From: Chitinophagales bacterium
Lineage (GTDB): Bacteria > Bacteroidota > Bacteroidia > Chitinophagales > BACL12
Length of the DNA: 36,692 nucleotides
Assembly (NCBI GenBank): GCA_044448625.1
Contig: JBIOHA010000002.1
Location: 1-36,692 of the forward strand
Direction of reading: 5' to 3'
The position numbers and the translations under genes were made by a program. This document shows, piece by piece, positions 9,501 through 16,735 of the stretch; the stretch's first letter is position 1, and each line of letters starts with the position of its first letter. Below the pieces are notes generated by a model that had not been told where the DNA came from, ran no database searches, and saw nothing but the letters and a program-made list of their open reading frames with translations.

Positions 9501-10246
9501 GATTATTGGTGGCAGAATATAATAAGATGTTGAAAGAACTGGAAAACAGTGCCGAACTGCTGGCAAAATCGGAACGCGAAAGTGCGTGGCGTGATATGGC
9601 AAAACAGGTGGCGCATGAAATTAAAAACCCTTTAACACCAATGCGGTTAAGCATCCAGCATTTGCAAAGAGCAATTCAAACAAATGCCCCCAATGTAAAA
9701 GAGCTGATGCGCAAAGTTTCAGATACACTGCTTGAGCAAATAGATAACTTATCCAATATCGCATCTGAATTTTCGACGTTTGCAATTATGCCAAAGGCCG
9801 TAAATGAAACAATAAACCTGAACGACCTGCTTGAAAGTGTAACTGCTTTGTTCATCGAGAATGATGAAGCTGAACTTACACTTCAAATTCCGCAAGAGCA
9901 AATTGAAGTATTTGCCGATAAAAATCAATTGCTGCGGGTATTTAATAATGTGATCAAAAATGCGATCCAGTCGATACCTGATGAAAGAGCAGGTGAAATT
10001 CTTATTACGCTGCAACATATTGACCACAGGGCATTGATTAAAGTAAAAGACAACGGCGTTGGAATAACCGATGAAGAAAAGGACAAAGTTTTTGTGCCGA
10101 ACTTTACAACCAAAAGCTCAGGTATGGGAATAGGTTTGGCAATGAGTAAAAATATTGTTGAAAGCACTGGAGGATATATTTGGTTTGAATCAACGGTTGA
10201 TTCCGGAACAACTTTTTATATTGAATTTCCAGTAATTCAAAATTGA
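6536..10246 (+). CDS. Large polytopic sensor histidine kinase (NtrY-like HAMP-HisKA-HATPase core)
   Basis: 1236 aa with about 12 hydrophobic segments and three large soluble or loop regions before a HAMP-like linker. It has an H-box (AWRDMAKQVAHEIKNPLTPMRLS), N-box (NNVIKNAIQS), G1 (DNGVGI) and G2 (GMGIGLAMSK). The only start upstream of TM1 is TTG at 6536, so the start is less certain. Confidence 0.85.
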   Translation: MLKKFTLNLILGIALLCAASVAVLLYRHAEKINEPEVSARRIEVEFQNLEKKIIATISDSVIISNLITDSYTFNEFSSLVDKPFGMIIYQEDSAVIWTNNFITPVKAQLVYNDAPLFISESNGEYVIYQHDFPGNVHVIGFLPLQFEFGIKNKYLNHVKTPGIQIPEHLKLKARSEPDAYAVHSLNGNEIFYIAEDDNIQNVVIYSKGMYFFICCTFILLLITCFGIAKSAINKFNRIASTGFLLVLLAGVYLLTNYLLYDHILSYLPLFDPQYYGSPGIADSTGDLLIKTALLFCFALFFSKYFRIRLPDGKGATFNLLLLVSMAVIICCCSLLTGNIFRSLIIDSSISFNIHNFFSLNYFSFIGFLCISILLLSYFFIISRCVEIIVKNIQRKFFFSLIVIATGIAVLIVQRLLNHAMQIDMIIFVAGFVIIREFLIARRISTRSLGGMMIWLIYFSAFSAYIFNSSLDHKVEETKRLFAIKKSIEKDPITEYLFKEHQVNIQKQLSAQGVSLETEEKIRPGIINQIRQDLQSNYFKKYNTDIFIFRNDSLLLFTGDDNINSRLIFIDAIENNGEFTAAENLYFINDYTGSYYYLAELPVSRDSVGDFTAYLKMVPKKFSGESIYPELLIDDDLRTAESFINFDYAIYSDHTLSEREGEYSYPLMDIFYINKDEEVLDIIQNDYDHYIYKVNETKKVVVSTPMQSWFEPVSIFSYLFFFYLVFLVIILSLDIITRIAQGNIVLTDWINTSLQNKIQTSVISLIIFAFIMMGVATIYYISNQYNFSHKQRLLNKIEAVQTNIDFLIGETRKKGNRVVTNQQLKKIGNRVTELSEIHDMDINIYKPSGDLMSSSQPDIFEKGLVSKKMNSLAYFKMSCDKETWYIQTENIGDLSFLSAYVPVLDDSGETMFYLNLPYFATEQNLRTEISSFMVTLVNVYVLLLIVAGIIAYIVSRSITSPLATIAGKFKGIKLGKMNEPIRWTHEDEIGLLVAEYNKMLKELENSAELLAKSERESAWRDMAKQVAHEIKNPLTPMRLSIQHLQRAIQTNAPNVKELMRKVSDTLLEQIDNLSNIASEFSTFAIMPKAVNETINLNDLLESVTALFIENDEAELTLQIPQEQIEVFADKNQLLRVFNNVIKNAIQSIPDERAGEILITLQHIDHRALIKVKDNGVGITDEEKDKVFVPNFTTKSSGMGIGLAMSKNIVESTGGYIWFESTVDSGTTFYIEFPVIQN

Positions 10247-10247
10247 T

Positions 10248-11564
10248 ATGAATAGAAAGATATCGGAACAATTATTTGCAGAAGCCAAGAAATATTTTCC
10301 AGGTGGAGTAAGTTCACCGGTAAGGGCATTTAAATCGGTAACCGGATCACCACTTTTTATTCAGCGTGGAAAGGGTAGCAGGATCTGGGATGAAGATGGC
10401 AACGAATTTATAGATTATTGTTGTTCATGGGGACCGCTGATATTAGGCCATGCAAATGAAAATGTTTTATCCGCTGTGAGTCAAGCATTGTTAAAAGGAA
10501 CATCTTTTGGCACTCCGTCAAAATATGAAAATACCCTCGGCAAATTGATCCTTGAAAATAATCCTTTTATTGAAATGATCAGGTTTGTTTCATCAGGTAC
10601 TGAGGCTGTAATGAGTGCAATACGATTGGCAAGAGGATATACGGGTAAAAATAAGATCCTGAAATTTGAAGGTTGTTATCATGGTCATAGCGATGGGTTG
10701 CTGGTTAAAGCCGGATCAGGATTGGTAACATTTGGTGAAACATCTTCCAAAGGTGTTCCTCCTTCTGTTGCAAATGATACTATAGTTGTTGAACTTGATA
10801 ATGAGCATGCAGTAGAAGAAGCAGTGAAAACGTTCAGGAATGAGATCGCCTGCATTATTATCGAACCGATTCCCGCAAACAACGGATTATTATTGCAGAA
10901 GCGATCGTTTTTAGAATTTCTAAGAAAAATTTGCACTGAAAATAATATCCTCCTCATTTTTGATGAAGTGATCAGTGGTTTTAGAATTGGATTTTCAGGA
11001 GCTGCTGGTTATTATTCCATAAAACCGGATATTATCACCTTTGGAAAAATTATCGGCGGCGGTTTACCAGTTGGTGCTTATGGTGCAGGAGAAGAAATAA
11101 TGCGCATGATCTCACCCGATGGCCCTGTTTATCAGGCGGGTACCTTGTCGGGAAATCCATTGTCGATGTCTGCTGGTATTGCACAATTAACCGCCTGCCT
11201 GCAAAAAGATTTTTATGATAAACTGGAAGCTAAAACAAAATTGATCGCCGACAGTGTAAATGCGTTTACCTTGCAAAATAAATTACCGGTCAACATTTTA
11301 CATATCGGTTCAATTTTCTGGATATCCTTTTCTGAACATTGTATGATAACAAAAGCAGCGCAGATAGAACCGGCAGGGATTTCAAAATTCAAATATTTTC
11401 ACCATGAATTATTGAACCGTGGAATTTATATCGGGCCTTCGGGTTATGAGGTTTGCTTTGTTTCAGATGCGCATACAACAGACGATCTTAACATAACAGC
11501 TAAAATTATTTGCGAGGTGCTAGCGTTGGTATTTGATGAAAAATATTTACCCGACAATGATTAA
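10248..11564 (+). CDS. hemL: Glutamate-1-semialdehyde 2,1-aminomutase
   Basis: 438 aa with N-terminus ...FPGGVSSPVRAF, FDEVISGFR, and the PLP-lysine motif ITFGKIIGGGLPVGAYG. It starts 1 nt after the upstream kinase stop. Confidence 0.95.
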   Translation: MNRKISEQLFAEAKKYFPGGVSSPVRAFKSVTGSPLFIQRGKGSRIWDEDGNEFIDYCCSWGPLILGHANENVLSAVSQALLKGTSFGTPSKYENTLGKLILENNPFIEMIRFVSSGTEAVMSAIRLARGYTGKNKILKFEGCYHGHSDGLLVKAGSGLVTFGETSSKGVPPSVANDTIVVELDNEHAVEEAVKTFRNEIACIIIEPIPANNGLLLQKRSFLEFLRKICTENNILLIFDEVISGFRIGFSGAAGYYSIKPDIITFGKIIGGGLPVGAYGAGEEIMRMISPDGPVYQAGTLSGNPLSMSAGIAQLTACLQKDFYDKLEAKTKLIADSVNAFTLQNKLPVNILHIGSIFWISFSEHCMITKAAQIEPAGISKFKYFHHELLNRGIYIGPSGYEVCFVSDAHTTDDLNITAKIICEVLALVFDEKYLPDND

Positions 11565-12561
11565 TTTACATAAAACCAGATATTCACTTTTTTTTCATGT
11601 GGTGTTTATTTACATCATTGCTTCATTTATCTGGTGGTCGTACCTGCTGCACCGAAATAACTATGAAAATTATGATGAGATCATTAAAAGGGAGCAATTT
11701 GTATATACCCAAAACGGAGGCAAATTATCTGCATTTAAATCAACACCGGTATTTATTAAGGTGAACAACGAATTTAAACGTACCGAGCTGATGTTGTATG
11801 GGGAAGGAATTGTTTTCATTGGATTGATCACACTGGGTTTCTGGCGGATAAGACGAACATTCAGATCGGAAATTGACCTCACCAGGCAGCAGAATAACTT
11901 TTTGTTATCTATTACCCACGAATTAAAATCGCCTCTGGCATCTTTAAAGTTGTCGATGCAAACAATCAGAAAACATGAACTCGATGGTGAACAGGTAAAA
12001 AATATGGCTGATATGTCGCTTGATGATATTGAACGCCTTGAATTATTGGTTGAAAACATTTTGCTGGCGTCAAAGATCGAGAGTGCAAACTTCCGCCTCA
12101 ATAAAGAATTAATGGACCTTTCTTCCATAACACAAAATATTTTTGACCGCGAGAAAATTAAACATAAAGACCAGCGCCATTTTACCAGTAAAATTGAAGG
12201 CAACATTTATGTTTACGGCGACAGGTTCTCATTTTCATCGGTAATTTATAACCTTATCGAAAACGCGATTAAATATTCAGAGAGAGGTTCTGAGATCGGT
12301 GTTGAATTAACCGGCGATGAAAAAAATGCATATCTAAATATTTCCGATACGGGCATTGGAATTCCTGAGAACGAAAAAATGAAGATATTCGGAAGGTTTT
12401 ACAGGATCGGCACTGAAGAAACACGAAAAACAAAAGGAACAGGATTGGGATTATTTATCGTTAAACATGTGGTGTTGATGCATGCGGGGGAAGTGCTGGT
12501 TAAACACAATCAACCAAGGGGAAGTATTTTTGAAGTGAGGATTCCGGTTGGTGCATTGTAG
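11536..12561 (+). CDS. Two-component sensor histidine kinase (two N-terminal TM segments, short loop)
   Basis: It has an H-box (SITHELKSPLASLKL), N-box (NLIENAIKYS), G1 (DTGIGIPENE) and G2 (GTGLGLFIVKH). Start candidates are TTG 11533, ATG 11536 and ATG 11557. All of them overlap the hemL 3' end (stop 11562-11564). Confidence 0.85.
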   Translation: MKNIYPTMINLHKTRYSLFFHVVFIYIIASFIWWSYLLHRNNYENYDEIIKREQFVYTQNGGKLSAFKSTPVFIKVNNEFKRTELMLYGEGIVFIGLITLGFWRIRRTFRSEIDLTRQQNNFLLSITHELKSPLASLKLSMQTIRKHELDGEQVKNMADMSLDDIERLELLVENILLASKIESANFRLNKELMDLSSITQNIFDREKIKHKDQRHFTSKIEGNIYVYGDRFSFSSVIYNLIENAIKYSERGSEIGVELTGDEKNAYLNISDTGIGIPENEKMKIFGRFYRIGTEETRKTKGTGLGLFIVKHVVLMHAGEVLVKHNQPRGSIFEVRIPVGAL

Positions 12562-12563
12562 AT

Positions 12564-12782
12564 GTTAAGCACAGAGGAAAACAGAAGTTGAAGCACAGAG
12601 GGACACAAAGGGACACAGAAAATTGTTTATGGAAAGGATTAAACACAGAGGGGCGCAGAGGAACAGATAATTATATACGTAAAGAATTCAGCACAGAGGG
12701 GCACAAAGGAACACAGAAAATTATATACGTAAAGAATTAAGTACAGAGGGGCACAGAGGAACACAGAAATTGAACCACAAAA
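12564..12782. repeat. Phased CACARAG array (about 50-bp unit x4 plus a partial unit)
   Basis: CACARAG-like heptamers start at 12570, 12580 | 12594, 12604, 12614 | 12644, 12654, 12662 | 12692, 12702, 12712 | 12742, 12752, 12762 | 12776. These are triplets at 10-bp spacing repeated every 48-50 bp. Units 12669-12718 and 12719-12768 differ at 3 of 50 positions. Confidence 0.9.
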
Positions 12783-12926
12783 AGACGCTGAGTATCATAA
12801 AAAATTATTTACATAAAGTATTAAGCACTGTGCGGTGGCAGCATAATAAAAAAGACAAAACAATGACATGTTAACAATAACCCTTAAATTCAATTAACGT
12901 TAAATCAATCAAGCAACTCCAGAACT

Positions 12927-13622
12927 ATGAACAACCGAATATTAATTGTAGAAGATGAGGATCACATTCGTGAGAACCTCAAACTTAACCTCGAATTGGA
13001 AGGCTATGAAGTGATAGCGGTTTCAAACGGGGCAAAAGCGATCAAAGCGTTTCGGGAGCAACGGTTTGATCTGATCATACTCGACGTGATGCTTCCTGAA
13101 ATGGATGGCTTTGATGTTTGTGAGCAAATCAGGCTGGATGATCGTGAAACTGCTATCTTATTTCTTACTGCAAAAGATGCGAGTGTCGACAAGATCAAAG
13201 GATTAAAAACAGGTGGCGATGATTATATGACCAAACCATTTAATCTCGAAGAACTATTATTGAGAATACGCAATTTGTTGAAACGGTCCTCGAAAAATCC
13301 CGCGGAAGATAAATTCCATGAATACGAATTTGGAGGAAACACCATCAATTTCGTTACTTATGAAGCGAAAGGATTAAATGGAGATGTAAAGCTCACCAAC
13401 AAAGAATTAAAGTTGTTGAAATTGCTTATTGACAGAAAAAATGAAGTTGTTTCCCGCACCCTGATTTTGCAAACTGTTTGGGGTTATGACGTTTATCCGT
13501 CAACCAGGACAATAGATAATTTTATTCTTGCCTTTAGAAAATACTTTGAGAGGGACCCTAAAAACCCGCTTTATTTTCATGCAATAAGAGGGGTGGGGTA
13601 TAAGTTTGCAGATGTGAAATAA
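12927..13622 (+). CDS. OmpR/PhoB-family response regulator (receiver plus winged-helix DNA-binding domain)
   Basis: 231 aa with ILIVEDEDHI, the phospho-acceptor region DLIILDVMLPEMDG, MTKPFNLEEL, and a C-terminal winged-helix ending ...IRGVGYKF. Confidence 0.9.
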   Translation: MNNRILIVEDEDHIRENLKLNLELEGYEVIAVSNGAKAIKAFREQRFDLIILDVMLPEMDGFDVCEQIRLDDRETAILFLTAKDASVDKIKGLKTGGDDYMTKPFNLEELLLRIRNLLKRSSKNPAEDKFHEYEFGGNTINFVTYEAKGLNGDVKLTNKELKLLKLLIDRKNEVVSRTLILQTVWGYDVYPSTRTIDNFILAFRKYFERDPKNPLYFHAIRGVGYKFADVK

Positions 13623-13674
13623 CCGCAGCATTGATATCTTTCAGGTAGCCGCTCGTCAAGATCCAACGCAAAAA

Positions 13675-13703
13675 AAATGCGCCTTCTCCTCAGAGGCGCA
13701 TTT
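13675..13703. terminator. Bidirectional intrinsic terminator between convergent genes
   Basis: aaatgcgcc (13675-13683) and ggcgcattt (13695-13703) form a 9-bp stem with an 11-nt loop. An A-run lies upstream and T residues lie downstream, so a U-tract follows the stem on both strands. It sits between the response-regulator stop (13622) and the ferredoxin stop (13724). Confidence 0.6.
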
Positions 13704-13723
13704 CAATATTTGTATAACAGTGG

Positions 13724-14071
13724 TCAAATATGCATTTTGGCTTTTTTTGCCAGCAGTTGGTCTTCCGTTTCAACGTGGTCGGGGTCAGGCAGGCAGCAAT
13801 CAACCGGGCAAACGGCAGCGCATTGTGGTTCTTCGTGAAAACCCTGGCATTCAGTGCATTTTTCGGGAACGATATAATAGATGTCATCTGAAATTGGCGG
13901 GTTCTTTTGCTCGGCATCCATAGTTGTACCATCAAGCATTGTAACCGACCCTTTTACAGTAGTTCCATCGGCAAATGCCCACGCCACGCCTCCTTCATAA
14001 ATCGCATTATTCGGACATTCGGGTTCACAAGCCCCGCAGTTGATACAATCTGATGTAATATGAATAGCCAT
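13724..14071 (-). CDS. 2x[4Fe-4S] ferredoxin
   Basis: 115 aa with two cluster motifs, CINCGACEPECP and CTECQGFHEEPQCAAVCP. ATG at 14069-14071. Confidence 0.9.
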   Translation of the reverse strand: MAIHITSDCINCGACEPECPNNAIYEGGVAWAFADGTTVKGSVTMLDGTTMDAEQKNPPISDDIYYIVPEKCTECQGFHEEPQCAAVCPVDCCLPDPDHVETEDQLLAKKAKMHI

Positions 14072-14237
14072 AGTTTCTGTTTCTTTAATTTTGAGCGCTC
14101 AAATATAAAAGCACTGCACCGATTTTTCAAAAGGTACTTAAAGATCGGAAATATTTATAATTATTCTAAATAGCATTGGCTGATTATTTAAGGGTAATAA
14201 AATACAGGGGCATAGGATAAAATAGAAGGAATTTCAA

Positions 14238-15239
14238 ATGAATTTAAAGGAGAGGATAAATGGATTTAGCGAGCTGGCAAAAACACTGGATGATTCCAAT
14301 GCGGAATTGTCGGAAATTATTCGTAAAACAGAAGCCCAAAACCCATGGTTCACCGAATTTCATTGCAGGCTGATGGTTAAGAATTTCAGGGAAAAGTTTT
14401 TTAACCCGGAGAAATTGCATTCCTGGTTGAAGAAATATGGTGAGCTCCCTGAAAAAAATAAAACTATCGGTTTGGTATTGGCAGGAAATATTCCTTTTGT
14501 GGGCATGCACGATATGCTTTGTGTTATTATGAGTGGAAACAGGGCAATGGTCAAATTGAGCGCTAAAGATGATTTATTTTTCCCCTGGGTTTATCAGCAA
14601 CTATTGAAAACAGATAAAGCATTCGAAAACAAAATAACTTTTGTAGAAAGGCTTGAAGGATTCGATGCTGTTATTGCAACTGGAAGTAATAATTCCGCCA
14701 GGTATTTTGAATATTATTTTGGAAAATACCCTAATATCATCAGGAAGAACAGAACCTCAATCTCCATTTTAAAAGGTGATGAAACAGATGAAGAAATTTA
14801 TGCGCTGGGGAAGGATGTATTTTATTTCTATGGATTAGGATGTCGCAATGTCAGTAAGATATATTTCCCCGAAGTTTTTGATCGTGAAAAATTATTCAGG
14901 GTATGGGAAGATTTCAGATATGTATCAGAAAATACAAAGTACCATAACAATTATGATTATAACAGGGCGATATTGTTGTTAAATCAAACGCCATTTCTTA
15001 CCAATGATTTTTTTATGCTCCAGGAAACGGATAAACTGTTTTCGCCGATATCAGTTTTATTTTGCGAAACATATTCGAGCCAAAACGATTTGAATACTAA
15101 AATTTCGGAATTGGGTGAAAATATTCAATGTGTGGTTGCAAAAGCAGATGACAATACGCAATTCGGATCAACGCAGTTTCCAGAATTGAATGATTATGCC
15201 GATAATATTGATACAATGGAATTTTTAAAGTCGCTATAA
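14238..15239 (+). CDS. LuxC-type acyl-CoA reductase family protein
   Basis: 333 aa. It resembles the short Bacteroidota LuxC-like acyl-CoA reductases as I recall them (LAGNIPFVGMHD; candidate catalytic Cys in GLGCRNVSKIY). Call is from family recollection only. Confidence 0.55.
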   Translation: MNLKERINGFSELAKTLDDSNAELSEIIRKTEAQNPWFTEFHCRLMVKNFREKFFNPEKLHSWLKKYGELPEKNKTIGLVLAGNIPFVGMHDMLCVIMSGNRAMVKLSAKDDLFFPWVYQQLLKTDKAFENKITFVERLEGFDAVIATGSNNSARYFEYYFGKYPNIIRKNRTSISILKGDETDEEIYALGKDVFYFYGLGCRNVSKIYFPEVFDREKLFRVWEDFRYVSENTKYHNNYDYNRAILLLNQTPFLTNDFFMLQETDKLFSPISVLFCETYSSQNDLNTKISELGENIQCVVAKADDNTQFGSTQFPELNDYADNIDTMEFLKSL

Positions 15240-15253
15240 ATTTAAGGATGGCC

Positions 15254-15316
15254 TTTCCTTCGATTCTTCGAATCTTCTCCCTTCGAATCTTTAAACCATC
15301 TTTCTTCAAATCTTTT
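15254..15316. repeat. CTTCGAAT-type ~8-nt period pyrimidine-rich array D
   Basis: The sequence is ttccttcgattcttcgaatcttctcccttcgaatctttaaaccatctttcttcaaatctttt. CTTC-starting units occur at 15258, 15266, 15274, 15281, 15289, 15304 and 15312. It lies between convergent stops at 15239 and 15359. Confidence 0.8.
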
Positions 15317-15358
15317 ATGAAAAATTTCTAACTATAATTTGTTAGATGATTCTTGAAC

Positions 15359-16642
15359 CTAGGCTTTGCAACAAACTTTAATTCCTTCCACCAACCTGTC
15401 GAGGTCGCTTAAGCTGGTATATACATGCGGTGCTATACGAACACCATGAATATTTTCCCAGTTGATCCCCACACAATGAATGGCAAAATCATTAATTAAT
15501 TTAGTAGCAATATCACCAGGTTCCATTCCGCTGATCGAAAAATTGGCAATGGCACATGAAAACCGTGGATCCATTGAAGTATAAAATTTTATTTTAGGAT
15601 TGTCTTTTACTTTATCTACCCAATAGTTTTTTAAATAACGCAGCCTCGCTTCTTTTCTTGCTGCTCCAATCATTAAATGAAAATCGATGGCGTTGGCTAT
15701 AGCATATTCAATAGGAAAGGAGCGGGTTCCGAGGTTCTCAAATTTTCTGATATTATTTATATCCATGGTATCGGGTGCTCCGAATAATGGCCAAACATTT
15801 TTTATTTTATCTTTTTTAATCCAAAGCATGCCCGAACCAATACTTGCGCTCAGCCATTTATGCAAGCTGGTTGCATAATAATCACCGCCGAGGTCAGGAA
15901 TATTAAATACAAAATGTCCGAAGGTATGTGCACCATCGATCATAACATCAGGGCCTTTAGCATGAACTGCATCAGCAATTTTTTTAACCGGGTTAATATG
16001 CCCCGTCCAGTTAATGAGATGATTAACCTGTACCAGTTTTGTTTTTGATGTGATTTGCTCTGTGTATTTTTCAATTAAATAATTCTCATCTTCAGTAGGC
16101 AGATCCAATTCAATCCATTTGAGCACGATGCCCTCTCTTTTTTCTCGCTGCTTCCATGCATTGATCATATTTGGATAATCCTGCCTGGTAAGAATTACTT
16201 CATCACCTTTTTCAAGGATCAATCCGAAAATGATATTATCCAAACCTTCAGTGGTGTTCCGGTTAATTGCGATCTCATCAATATCGCAACCGGCAAGGTC
16301 TGCCAATTTTTTGCGCAGATTTTCCCGCCCTTTATCCATGATCTGCCACATATAATAACTCGGCGCTTCATTCACCATTTTATTAAACCGCTCAAGTGCA
16401 TCCTGTACTACTTTTGGCGACGGACTAACACCTCCATTATTTAAATTGATGATGGTGGAAGATGCAGTATATGATTCTTTTATTACCCGCCAGAAATCTT
16501 CATCTTCAGCAACAACGTGTGGAGGTATATTTTTTACTTTGTTGATCTCGTAAGAAAATTGTTCGCTGTAAACCAGGTCGGGCAGGGCACCCAGGCTGAT
16601 TAACGCAGCAGACCTTTTCAGGAAGGAGCGACGGTTGGACAT
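15359..16642 (-). CDS. Class-V aminotransferase-fold PLP-dependent enzyme with twin-arginine (Tat) signal
   Basis: 427 aa. The N-terminus MSNRRSFLKRSAALISLGAL carries the Tat motif RRxFLK. The PLP-lysine motif is YYATSLHKWL. Confidence 0.8.
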   Translation of the reverse strand: MSNRRSFLKRSAALISLGALPDLVYSEQFSYEINKVKNIPPHVVAEDEDFWRVIKESYTASSTIINLNNGGVSPSPKVVQDALERFNKMVNEAPSYYMWQIMDKGRENLRKKLADLAGCDIDEIAINRNTTEGLDNIIFGLILEKGDEVILTRQDYPNMINAWKQREKREGIVLKWIELDLPTEDENYLIEKYTEQITSKTKLVQVNHLINWTGHINPVKKIADAVHAKGPDVMIDGAHTFGHFVFNIPDLGGDYYATSLHKWLSASIGSGMLWIKKDKIKNVWPLFGAPDTMDINNIRKFENLGTRSFPIEYAIANAIDFHLMIGAARKEARLRYLKNYWVDKVKDNPKIKFYTSMDPRFSCAIANFSISGMEPGDIATKLINDFAIHCVGINWENIHGVRIAPHVYTSLSDLDRLVEGIKVCCKA

Positions 16643-16735
16643 AGGTTTCTGTTGTTGACAGAAGTGAAATTAATACTTTATCATCAAAGTATAATAAGAT
16701 GGATTTATACGATCAAACTGGAATACCCTGGCGTT

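Noticed and set aside
12564-12782. CRISPR-like appearance: about 33-nt conserved blocks separated by about 17-nt variable segments at a 50-bp period.
   Set aside because: The 'spacers' are far too short, and two of them are identical (ttatatacgtaaagaatt). The repeat itself is an internal triplet of 10-nt units. No cas genes or leader are nearby. It is a tandem repeat, not a CRISPR array.
13690-13935. ORFs 13690-13935 (-) and 13720-13923 (+) overlapping the ferredoxin gene.
   Set aside because: The third frame (13724-14071 -) encodes an unmistakable two-cluster ferredoxin. The others are shadow ORFs in a locally GC-richer segment.
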